This document shows positions 17,379 to 25,446 of a stretch of 45,349 nucleotides of DNA, piece after piece. The first letter of the stretch is position 1; the number at the start of each line of letters is the position of its first letter. The stretch is from NCBI GenBank assembly GCA_038244445.1, contig JBBRTL010000001.1:1-45349 (forward strand), read 5' to 3'. The notes under the pieces are model-generated. The model worked only from the letters and a program-made list of their open reading frames with translations. It was not told where the DNA came from and did not search any database. The translations under genes were made by a program, and so were the position numbers. This DNA is from Vulcanimicrobiales bacterium. GTDB taxonomy: Bacteria > Vulcanimicrobiota > Vulcanimicrobiia > Vulcanimicrobiales > Vulcanimicrobiaceae.

Positions 17379-18587
17379 CTAATGCAGGAACGGCGAGGGG
17401 TCGATAGGTTTGCCGTGGCGCCGGACCTCGAAGTGGAGGTGCGGGCCGGTCGAGGCACCGGTACTTCCGGAGGCGGCGATCGCCTGGCCGCGCTGGACCT
17501 GCTGGCCGGCGGAGACATAAAAGGCCGAGAGATGGCCGTAGCCGGTCGAGATGCCGCCGCCGTGATCGATCAGGATGTAGTTCCCATAGCCGCCGTAGTA
17601 TTGTGCCATGATGACCGTGCCGCTAGCGGCCGCGACCACGGTCGTACCGCTACTGATCCCGATATCCAGTCCCGGGTGGAAGTCCGGCGCGCCGCCGAAC
17701 GGGTTACGGCGCATCCCGAAGGGCGACGTGATCGGGCCCGAAGCCGGCCACATCAGTTGGCTCGGTCCGCCCGAAGATGGCGGTGGGATAACGCCGGCGA
17801 TTCCGGCCGCACGCCGGGCCGCCTCGCGCTGCGCATCCAACTCGCGCTGGCGCTCTTGGATCAACGCTTCGAGGCGGGCCTCTTCGCCGGCCGTCAGGTT
17901 CTCGATCGTCGCGACTTGGGTCGCGACGCCGTGGCGCTGGACGTCGGCCATCACCACCAGGTTGGCGCGTTCTGCGGCAAGGCCCGCCAGTTGCGCCTTG
18001 GCGCGTTGCTGTTCGGCTTGCTGGGCCGCGAGCGCGATCTTGGTCTGCTGAAGCGAGGCCTGGACGCTTGCGACCTTCTTCTCGAGACTCTTGCGTTCGC
18101 GGACCGCGCGCTGATTGGCGACGATCAGCAGGCGCAGATCGGCCCAGCGCTCGACGAACTCGCTGAACGTATGCGCGCTCATGAGCACGTTGAGATAGCC
18201 GACGTCGCCATTCTCGTAGATCGCGACCAGACGACGCTTGAACGCGTCGTCGTGCAGGTGCAGAGACTTCTGCGCCGCGTTCAGCTGCAGGGTGTTCCAG
18301 TTCAGGCGCGCTTGGGTCGAACGTTCTTGCGCGTCGAGATCGCCGATGTGGGTGTTGACGACCGAGATCGCGCCGTTCGTCTGGTCGAGTTGGGCTTGCG
18401 CGTTGTAGACCTTGTCGGTAGCGGCGTGTAACTCGATCCGCTTCTGATGGAGTTGCGAGCGGAGCTTCTCGGCGCGCTGACGCTCCTGGAGGATCTTGTC
18501 GTGGAGCGTCGGCTTGGCCGGCTTCGCGAGCGCAAATGGCGTCGCGGAGAGGGCGATCAGCAGGGCCAGGGCGATGAGACGTTTCAC
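17379..18587 (-). CDS. coiled-coil M23 (LytM-domain) peptidase, EnvC/PcsB-like candidate FtsEX partner
   Basis: 402 aa with GTG start. Signal peptide, about 230 aa of heptad-rich Q/A/L/E sequence, and an M23 domain (FHPGLDIG...GNYILIDHGGGISTGYGHL...GPHLHFEVR). The GTG overlaps the upstream stop (GTGA). Confidence 0.9.
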   Translation of the reverse strand: MKRLIALALLIALSATPFALAKPAKPTLHDKILQERQRAEKLRSQLHQKRIELHAATDKVYNAQAQLDQTNGAISVVNTHIGDLDAQERSTQARLNWNTLQLNAAQKSLHLHDDAFKRRLVAIYENGDVGYLNVLMSAHTFSEFVERWADLRLLIVANQRAVRERKSLEKKVASVQASLQQTKIALAAQQAEQQRAKAQLAGLAAERANLVVMADVQRHGVATQVATIENLTAGEEARLEALIQERQRELDAQREAARRAAGIAGVIPPPSSGGPSQLMWPASGPITSPFGMRRNPFGGAPDFHPGLDIGISSGTTVVAAASGTVIMAQYYGGYGNYILIDHGGGISTGYGHLSAFYVSAGQQVQRGQAIAASGSTGASTGPHLHFEVRRHGKPIDPSPFLH

Positions 18588-19540
18588 GATTTGCGCTTTT
18601 CCTTGACGAAGACGGATCCGCCGATCGACTTCGCATAACGTTTGAGTTCGGCGGCGGCTTCGCCGACCTGGGCGTAGCTTTCGAACGGACGGTCCTCGTT
18701 CGAGAGCAGGGCGATCGAGATCGTCATGATCGGGAAACGGTTGAGCGTACCGCGTCTATCGCGCGTTTCGATATAACCCTGGCGGAGGTCCTGGGCGTTG
18801 TAGAGCGACCGGATCTCGACGTCGAAGGTAGCCACGATTTCGCGCGCCATCTCTTCTCCTCGATCCGGCACCGTGACCAGGATGAAGTCGTCGCCGCCGA
18901 TGTGCCCGACGAAGTCGCCCGCGGTGCCGCGCCGCCGGACCACGTCGACCGCGATGCCGGCGACCAGCTGGATCGCCTCGTCGCCGTGCACGAAGCCGTA
19001 GATATCGTTGAACGCTTTGAACGAATCGAGATCCAGATAGAGCAGCGAGAACGGCTTGCCGGATTCGATCCGGGCGCGCAACTCGACCTCGATCGCGAGA
19101 TTGCCCGGCAGTCGCGTGAGCGGAGAGAGCGAGGAGTCGGTCTCGACGCGCCGGATCTTGGCGCGCACGCGCGCGAGCAACTCCTGCCCGCCGAACGGTT
19201 TGGTGATGTAATCGTCGGCGCCGCTCTCGAAGCCTCGAAGCTTGTCTTCGGTCTCGCCCTTCGCGGTGACCATGATGATCGGAACGTGCGAGACGGTCGG
19301 GTTCGAATGCGCGCGGATGCGCTGCGCGACCTCGAAGCCATCCATGTACGGCATCATCACGTCGAGCAGGACCAGATCGACGGCGGACTGCTCGTCGAGG
19401 ATCTTGAGCCCGTCGGCACCGTTCGAGGCCGTCAGCACTTCGAAACCGCCAAGCTCCAGGTTGGTCGCGATGATCTGGCGCAGATTGCGGTCGTCGTCGA
19501 CGACCAGTACCCGCCGCGCGGTCTCCTCGAACTGCTTCAC
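18584..19540 (-). CDS. response regulator, REC domain fused to a GGDEF-type domain with GGDDF variant motif
   Basis: 318 aa from GTG 19540. REC (RVLVVDDD...DLVLLDVMMPYMDG...IIMVTAKG...YITKPF), then PLTRLPGN...LYLDLDSFKAFNDIYGFVHGDEAI...FVGHIGGDDFILV. The GTG overlaps the kinase stop (GTGA). Confidence 0.9.
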   Translation of the reverse strand: MKQFEETARRVLVVDDDRNLRQIIATNLELGGFEVLTASNGADGLKILDEQSAVDLVLLDVMMPYMDGFEVAQRIRAHSNPTVSHVPIIMVTAKGETEDKLRGFESGADDYITKPFGGQELLARVRAKIRRVETDSSLSPLTRLPGNLAIEVELRARIESGKPFSLLYLDLDSFKAFNDIYGFVHGDEAIQLVAGIAVDVVRRRGTAGDFVGHIGGDDFILVTVPDRGEEMAREIVATFDVEIRSLYNAQDLRQGYIETRDRRGTLNRFPIMTISIALLSNEDRPFESYAQVGEAAAELKRYAKSIGGSVFVKEKRKS

Positions 19541-20607
19541 GAGCGCGCCGGCAACGAGAGCGTGAAGGTGCTGCCGCGACCCGGCTCGGAGCGGACGTCG
19601 ATCGTGCCGCCATGGGCGCGCGCGAGGGCGCTTGCGATGAAGAGTCCGAGACCGCTGCCGTCCGAGACCGAAGCGAGCGCGTGGTCGGCCCGGTAGAAGC
19701 GGTCGAAAATATACGGAAGATGTTCGTCGGCGATGCCGATCCCGCGGTCCGCGACGGTCACGACGCAGCGGCCGTCGCGCCGTTCGCCGCGGATCTCGAT
19801 GATCTCGCCGGGAGCGGAGAACTTGGCCGCGTTCTCGATTACCTGCGCGAGCGCGTCGCGCAGCAGATCCGGATCGCCGGAGATCTCGATGCCGTCGGTA
19901 CGGCGGTCGATCGGGTGGAGTGACGCATCGAACGCGATCGCCGCCAGCGCCGCGTCGATCACGGCGTCGAGCGGGATCGTCTCGCGGCGTTTGAGCAGTT
20001 GTCCGGCTTCGACGCGCGAGACCAGCAACAGATCGTCGATCGCGCGCGCGAGCCGGTCGGCCTGTTCGCCCATCACGTCGAGATACTCGCGCGCCGCTTC
20101 GGGCGAAAGCGCGTGGTCGCGCAGCATCTCGACGTACGCCTTGATCGTCGCGAGCGGCGTCTTGAGTTCGTGCGAGATCGAACCGACCAGTTCGTTCTTG
20201 AGTTGTTCGATCTCTTCGAAGCGCTGTTGCGGCGCGAACGAGACCAGCCAGCCGTCGACCATTCCGCCGCGCACGATCGCGACCACCTGCGCGCGCGCCG
20301 GCGCGCGCCCGGAAGCACCGAAACTCCAGTGGACCGGATGCGCCGTGCCGTCGAGCGGAGTCGCTCGCAAGGTCTCCCAACCGCCGGGTACCAGCGCGTC
20401 GAGCCGGTTGCCGAGCGCGCGTTCGGCGGAGATCCCGCTGATCGTCTCGGCGGCGACGTTCCAGCGCGCGACCGTGCCGGCTGCATCGACGTGGGCGATG
20501 CCGTCGGCGGCGACGCCGAGGAGCGCGTCGAAGCGCGCTTTGGAGGCGACCAGCTCGTCGAGCAGGTCGGCGGTTACGTCCGGAGGTAGCGTCCGACCGA
20601 TATCCAC
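19537..20607 (-). CDS. cytoplasmic PAS-domain sensor histidine kinase (HisKA + HATPase_c)
   Basis: PAS-like (FDALLGVAADGIAHVDAAGTVARWNVAAETISG), H-box SISHELKTPLATI, N/G boxes (VIENAAKFS, DRGIGI, GSGLGLFIA). No TM segment. The start is uncertain: GTG 20607 (34-nt overlap with ftsX) or GTG 20697 (124-nt overlap). Confidence 0.88.
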   Translation of the reverse strand: MDIGRTLPPDVTADLLDELVASKARFDALLGVAADGIAHVDAAGTVARWNVAAETISGISAERALGNRLDALVPGGWETLRATPLDGTAHPVHWSFGASGRAPARAQVVAIVRGGMVDGWLVSFAPQQRFEEIEQLKNELVGSISHELKTPLATIKAYVEMLRDHALSPEAAREYLDVMGEQADRLARAIDDLLLVSRVEAGQLLKRRETIPLDAVIDAALAAIAFDASLHPIDRRTDGIEISGDPDLLRDALAQVIENAAKFSAPGEIIEIRGERRDGRCVVTVADRGIGIADEHLPYIFDRFYRADHALASVSDGSGLGLFIASALARAHGGTIDVRSEPGRGSTFTLSLPARS

Positions 20608-21455
20608 GAAGCGACCGCACCGACGACGGCACCGACCAGCAATAGTTCGAGCGCCATCGCGGTCCCGTCGATGTGCGCGTTGTTGAGCGAGAGCCACGAG
20701 AGGTTTTCGACCAAATGCGGCCAGACTGCGAGCTTGGCGACGGCGAGCAGGGCGAGCGCGACGAGCGCGCCCAGGATTCCGGCCAGGAGTCCCTCGCAGA
20801 TGAACGGCATACGGATGTAGGTGTTGGTCGCGCCGACCAACTGCATGATCGCGATCTCGCGGCGCCGCGCGAAGACGGTCAGCCGGATCGTGTTCGAGAT
20901 GATGATGCCGGCGACGACGATGAAGACCACGATCACGCCGATCCCGATCGAACGGAGCACGCTCCCGGCCTGCAAGAGACGCGCGACCAGGTCGGAGGCG
21001 AAGACCACGTTGCCGACGTTCGGAAGTCTCTGGATCGAGGCGGCGACGGCGGAGACGGTCTCCGGCGCCTTCACCTTCACGCGCAGCTTGTCCGGAAGCG
21101 GATTCTCCGTGAGCAGCGACATATCGATCGTCCCGCGGTTCTGGTTGCGGAAGTCCGCCAGGCCTTGCTTCTTCGAGACGAACGTGACCGAGAGCACGCG
21201 CGGGTCGGCGCGCAATGCGCTCTCGACGGTCGCGACCTGCGCGGGCGTGGCGTCGCCCGTCATGTAGGCGGAGATCTCGATCTGGTTGAGCACTTCGGTG
21301 CCGAGACCCGCGAGCGTCGCGCGCACGAACAGGAACGCACCGAGCAATACGATCGTCACCGCGACGGTTCCGATCGCGGTGATCTGCATAGCCGCGTTCC
21401 GCGTGAAGTTCCGGAGGACTTCACCCAGAAAGAATTTGGTCTTGCCCCAGTCCAA
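20574..21455 (-). CDS. ftsX: cell division ABC transporter permease-like protein FtsX
   Basis: 293 aa, TTG start. N-terminus LGEVLRNFTRNAAMQITAI, an extracellular loop domain, and C-terminal TM bundle ...RREIAIMQLVGATNTYIRMPFICEGLLAGILGA.... Confidence 0.92.
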   Translation of the reverse strand: MDWGKTKFFLGEVLRNFTRNAAMQITAIGTVAVTIVLLGAFLFVRATLAGLGTEVLNQIEISAYMTGDATPAQVATVESALRADPRVLSVTFVSKKQGLADFRNQNRGTIDMSLLTENPLPDKLRVKVKAPETVSAVAASIQRLPNVGNVVFASDLVARLLQAGSVLRSIGIGVIVVFIVVAGIIISNTIRLTVFARRREIAIMQLVGATNTYIRMPFICEGLLAGILGALVALALLAVAKLAVWPHLVENLSWLSLNNAHIDGTAMALELLLVGAVVGAVASWISVGRYLRT

Positions 21456-22131
21456 GGTAATAGTAGCCCCGTTCTTCGTCGGTGACCACGCGGCCGTCTT
21501 CCATGCGCACGACGCGGCGGCGCATGCGATCGACGACCGCTTGGTTGTGCGTGGCGACGACCACGGTCGTGCCTTTGAGATTGATCCGCTGCAGCAGTTC
21601 CATGATCTCGGTCGTCGTGGTCGGATCGAGATTGCCGGTCGGTTCGTCGCAGAGCAGCAGTTTCGGATTGTTGACGAGCGCGCGCGCGATCGCGGTACGT
21701 TGCTGTTCGCCGCCCGAGAGTTCGCCCGGATACATCCGGCTCTTGTGCGCGAGCCCGACCAGATCGAGCGCGCGCGGGACCTGGCGACCGACGTCTTTGC
21801 TGTGCGCGCCGGTCACCTGCATCGCGAACGCGACGTTCTCCCAGACGGTCTTCTCGGAGAGCAATTTGTAGTCCTGAAAGACGACGCCGAGGTGGCGGCG
21901 GAGCGCCGGGATGCGGCTGCGACGCAGGCGATCGACGCGGATGCCATCGACGGTGATATCGCCGCCCGTCGGGCCCATCTCGCGGTAGAGCAGACGTAGG
22001 AGACTCGTCTTGCCGGTGCCCGAATGGCCGACCAAAAAGACGAACTCGCCCTTCCCGATCTCGAGGCTGACGTTGTCGAGGGCGCGCGTCCCGTTGGGGT
22101 AAGCGAGCGAGACGTTCCGAAGGGAAATCAT
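21421..22131 (-). CDS. ftsE: cell division ATP-binding protein FtsE
   Basis: 236 aa. Walker A GHSGTGKTS, signature LSGGEQQR, Walker B LLLCDEPTGNLD. The 3' end overlaps the ftsX start by 35 nt. Confidence 0.95.
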   Translation of the reverse strand: MISLRNVSLAYPNGTRALDNVSLEIGKGEFVFLVGHSGTGKTSLLRLLYREMGPTGGDITVDGIRVDRLRRSRIPALRRHLGVVFQDYKLLSEKTVWENVAFAMQVTGAHSKDVGRQVPRALDLVGLAHKSRMYPGELSGGEQQRTAIARALVNNPKLLLCDEPTGNLDPTTTTEIMELLQRINLKGTTVVVATHNQAVVDRMRRRVVRMEDGRVVTDEERGYYYLGLGQDQILSG

Positions 22132-22175
22132 TCCGAAAGGGTTTTTCCGGGACCTCGGACCTATACCTGTTGGCG

Positions 22176-23324
22176 ATGAATTTCGATCTCAACGACGAGC
22201 AAAAGGCGATCCGCGATCTAGCTCGTGAATTTGCGCAAGGCGAGGTGAAGCCGCTCGCCGAGGAGATGGACCGCGAGGAAGCGTTCCCGTACGGGCTGGT
22301 CGAGAAAATGGCGGCCCTGGGTTTCATGGGCCTACCGTTCCCCGAGAAGTACGGCGGTGCAGGCGCGGATACGGTCAGTTATGCGCTCGCGGTCATGGAG
22401 TTGGCTCGGATCGATGCGTCCACCGCGATCACGATGGCCGCGCACGTCTCGCTCGGGAGCACGCCGTTCTATCTGTTCGGTACCGAGGCGCAGAAAGAGA
22501 AGTACCTCGTACCGCTCGCGCAGGGCACGATGCTCTGGGGCTTCGGCCTGACCGAGCCGGGCGCCGGCAGCGACGCGGGCAACTGTCAGACCAAGGCCGT
22601 GCTGCGCGACGGCAAGTGGATCGTCAACGGCACCAAGGCGTTCATCACCAACTCCGGCACCACCATCAGCGGCGGCACGACCATCACCGCGACCACTGGC
22701 GTGCGAGAGAACGGACGGCCGGAGATCTCGAACCTGATCGTTCCGCAAGACGCACCCGGCTTCACGCGCAGCAAGAAGTACAAGAAGATGGGCTGGCGCG
22801 CGTCGGACACGCGCGAGCTGGCCTTCGTCGATGCCGAGATCCCGGAAGAGAATCTCTTGGGCGTACGCGGTCAGGGCCTCCATCAATTCCTGACGATCCT
22901 CGACGGCGGACGGATCTCGGTCGCCGCCCTTTCGGTCGGCCTCGCGATGGGAGCGTACGACGAAGCGCTCGCTTACGCGAAGGAGCGTAAGGCGTTCGGC
23001 AAGTCGATCTCGCAGTTCCAGGCGATCCAATTCAAACTGGTCGACATGTTGATGGAGATCGAGCACGCCAAGCTGATGACGCTCAAAGCGGCCTGGGAGA
23101 AAGACCAGAAGCGCGACTTCTCGCAGACCGCCAGCTTTGCGAAGCTCTATGCGGGCGAGGTCTCGCGCCGGGTCGTCAACGAAGCCGTGCAGATCCACGG
23201 CGGCTACGGCTTCATGGACGAGTATCCGGTCTCGCGCATGTATCGCGATCAGAAGATCAACGAGATCGGCGAAGGCACGAACGAAGTCCAGCGCGTCGTT
23301 CTCGCGCGGATGATGGGGCTCTAG
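22176..23324 (+). CDS. acyl-CoA dehydrogenase (short/branched-chain type)
   Basis: MNFDLNDEQKAIRDLAREFA...GLTEPGAGSDA...QIHGGYGFMDEYPVSRMYRDQKINEIGEGTNEVQ. ATG 22176 is preferred over TTG 22170. Confidence 0.93.
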   Translation: MNFDLNDEQKAIRDLAREFAQGEVKPLAEEMDREEAFPYGLVEKMAALGFMGLPFPEKYGGAGADTVSYALAVMELARIDASTAITMAAHVSLGSTPFYLFGTEAQKEKYLVPLAQGTMLWGFGLTEPGAGSDAGNCQTKAVLRDGKWIVNGTKAFITNSGTTISGGTTITATTGVRENGRPEISNLIVPQDAPGFTRSKKYKKMGWRASDTRELAFVDAEIPEENLLGVRGQGLHQFLTILDGGRISVAALSVGLAMGAYDEALAYAKERKAFGKSISQFQAIQFKLVDMLMEIEHAKLMTLKAAWEKDQKRDFSQTASFAKLYAGEVSRRVVNEAVQIHGGYGFMDEYPVSRMYRDQKINEIGEGTNEVQRVVLARMMGL

Positions 23325-23338
23325 CCCCGGGAGGCCCT

Positions 23339-23884
23339 ATGTTCACACGGTTCCTCGCCGCCGCGGCAGTTCTCGCGCTCGCGCTCACAGCGCCCGCGCT
23401 CGCGGCGCTGAAGGTCGGCGAGAAGGCGCCCGACTTCACGCTCCAATCCTCGCTCGGAGGCAAGGTCTCCACGTTCCATCTGGCCGACGCGCTCAAAGCG
23501 GGTCCGGTCGTGCTCTACTTCTATCCGGCCGCATTCACCAAAGGCTGCACCATCGAGGCGCACGAGTTCGCCGACGCGATCCCCGATTACAAGAAGCTCG
23601 GCGCGACCGTCATAGGCGTCTCGCACGACGGAATCGAGAAGCTCAACAAGTTCTCGGTCAGCGAGTGCCGGAGCAAGTTCGCGGTTGCGGCCGATACGGA
23701 CCAGATCGTGATGAAGGCGTACGACGCCATCCTCACGCAGGCGCCACAATACGCCAACCGGACCTCGTACGTGATCGCACCGGACGGCACGATCCTCTAC
23801 ACCTACACGGACCTTGAGCCGGACAAACATGTAGAGAATACGCTCGCGGCGCTGCGCACCTATCGGGCCGGAGGCCCGCACTAG
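23339..23884 (+). CDS. exported AhpC/TSA-family peroxiredoxin (BCP/PrxQ-like)
   Basis: Signal peptide MFTRFLAAAAVLALALTAPALA, then VGEKAPDFTL...VVLYFYPAAFTKGCTIEA.... GGGAGG Shine-Dalgarno upstream. Confidence 0.85.
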   Translation: MFTRFLAAAAVLALALTAPALAALKVGEKAPDFTLQSSLGGKVSTFHLADALKAGPVVLYFYPAAFTKGCTIEAHEFADAIPDYKKLGATVIGVSHDGIEKLNKFSVSECRSKFAVAADTDQIVMKAYDAILTQAPQYANRTSYVIAPDGTILYTYTDLEPDKHVENTLAALRTYRAGGPH

Positions 23885-23925
23885 CTCGGAGCGGTAAACG
23901 GTCGACGTTGCGAGAAGACGGTCGT

Positions 23926-24732
23926 ATGAAGATACGCCGCATCGCCCCTTTGGCCGTTCTCGCGCTGGCGCTCGTCGCGGCGCTCGCGATCCCCGCGCAG
24001 CCGGCGCGCGCCGACGCGCCGCTCTACCAGGCGCTCACGTCGTTGCGCAATCTGAGCAGTGGCTCGTTCGAAAAAGTGGTGATCTGGGCCCGCAACGGTT
24101 CGCCGCAGGTGTACGCGCCGATATGGGACTACCAGAACGCCGAAGCCGGGATCCTTTCGTTGCCGAGCGACGAGCGCCATGCGGTGCGCCAGTGGCTGAT
24201 CGGAAACGGTCGTAGCGCGCTCTACTCGCTCGGCGTGAGCGACCATGCGATCGGGCCGCGCCGGCCCGGTGCGGACGTTCCGCTCGCGACGCCGACGCCG
24301 GATCCGTGGCGGCAGCTCCAGTTCGCCACCGATTCGTTCTCGGACGCGCCGACCGGCCCGATCCAGGTCGGTGCGGGCATCGCCGCCGCCAAGCGGGATG
24401 GGACGAGCCTCGTCGCCTGCGTCACCTTCACGAACACCGCGCCTCAGGCCGCCACGAGCGTCTCGTTCGTCTTCACGCTGAAGAGCGGGAACGGCGATGC
24501 GGTCGGCACGATCGGCTTCGTACGCAACGGCACGTTCTCCACGGGCATCGGCATCCACACGTGGGATTCATATGCGTCGTGGCGCCAACAGAGCGGGAAT
24601 CGCGGCTATAACGACAACTGCGTCACGAAAGAGACCGGCGTCGCTGCATTGCCGATCCTCGAGACGCGCTTCGTGACCTACGCGGTGAAGAGCGTCACGT
24701 TTGCCGACGGCACGTCTTGGAGCGCTCCATAG
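23926..24732 (+). CDS. exported hypothetical protein
   Basis: ATG 23926 (MKIRRIAPLAVLALALVAALAIPAQPARA signal peptide). 268 aa with a beta-rich C-terminal half. No family recognised. Confidence 0.6.
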   Translation: MKIRRIAPLAVLALALVAALAIPAQPARADAPLYQALTSLRNLSSGSFEKVVIWARNGSPQVYAPIWDYQNAEAGILSLPSDERHAVRQWLIGNGRSALYSLGVSDHAIGPRRPGADVPLATPTPDPWRQLQFATDSFSDAPTGPIQVGAGIAAAKRDGTSLVACVTFTNTAPQAATSVSFVFTLKSGNGDAVGTIGFVRNGTFSTGIGIHTWDSYASWRQQSGNRGYNDNCVTKETGVAALPILETRFVTYAVKSVTFADGTSWSAP

Positions 24733-24772
24733 GGATCTAGCCCGACGACTTTGATTTGAAAGGAGTCTCTCG

Positions 24773-25201
24773 ATGAAAAACGTGCGCATGGGCTTCCTAG
24801 CGGTGCTGGCATTGTTAGCGCTGAGCACCCTGCCCGCCTTGGCGATCAACCTCCATAATGGCTACGTCGCCATCAAAAACAACGGCCCGCGCCCGCTCAT
24901 TATTGAAATCCAGCACAACTTTACGGGTTCCGGAGGTGCCAGAATCCAGCCAGAAGTCGAGATTCAGCCGGACACGACGTTTATCGCTAACGAGTGTTGT
25001 TACGCCGCAGGGTCGGTCTATATCATGTATGCGCATTTTAAAGGATACGGCAACATTCGACAGATGAATTTCATTCCGCGCCTCTGCAACGTCAATGCGA
25101 TTCCACACGGGTTTGCTGCATTCGCCATTCGCCAGCATAAAGACGAGCATTCCGGCCGGGTTTACGTCGTCGACTCTCGCGTCGATACGAGCTGCCCCTG
25201 A
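24773..25201 (+). CDS. small exported cysteine-containing hypothetical protein in a low-GC islet
   Basis: 142 aa. Strong GAAAGGAG Shine-Dalgarno 7 nt upstream. Signal peptide MKNVRMGFLAVLALLALSTLPALA. The mature part has 4 Cys (CC, C, C). Codon usage is visibly A/T-richer than the flanks. Confidence 0.65.
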   Translation: MKNVRMGFLAVLALLALSTLPALAINLHNGYVAIKNNGPRPLIIEIQHNFTGSGGARIQPEVEIQPDTTFIANECCYAAGSVYIMYAHFKGYGNIRQMNFIPRLCNVNAIPHGFAAFAIRQHKDEHSGRVYVVDSRVDTSCP

Positions 25202-25235
25202 GGGGCCCATCCGATCGCGCCGAGAAGCCAGCCGC

Positions 25236-25439
25236 ATGGCGACCAGGCGGCAGCAGCGCACTACGGATCGGGCGTGCTTCAAATTCAGCGGTAAGCCCAA
25301 GGCCGCATACGCGACGAAAGAAGACGCCGAGCGGGCGATCGGGGATAATCGGATACTGATCGCCCGCGCCTGTCCCAAACACGGCTACCACGTCGGGCAC
25401 CGCGAAGCCGACGACCCGTTCGAGCGCTTCGACGATTAG
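25236..25439 (+). CDS. small hypothetical protein (67 aa), possible Cys/His metal-binding
   Basis: MATRRQQRTTDRACFKFSGKPKAAYATKEDAERAIGDNRILIARACPKHGYHVGHREADDPFERFDD. The call rests only on ORF plausibility and non-overlap with neighbours. Confidence 0.3.
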   Translation: MATRRQQRTTDRACFKFSGKPKAAYATKEDAERAIGDNRILIARACPKHGYHVGHREADDPFERFDD

Positions 25440-25446
25440 GCTCTGG

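Noticed and set aside
19541-20632. Upstream extension of the response-regulator ORF (682-aa version)
   Set aside because: This is an alternate frame across the histidine kinase gene and is Arg-rich nonsense. The REC domain begins right after GTG 19540.
25095-25235. Upstream extension of the 67-aa ORF into the small secreted protein gene
   Set aside because: It is an alternate frame overlapping the 3' end of the 24773..25201 gene. Only the portion from ATG 25236 is free-standing, and even that is low confidence.
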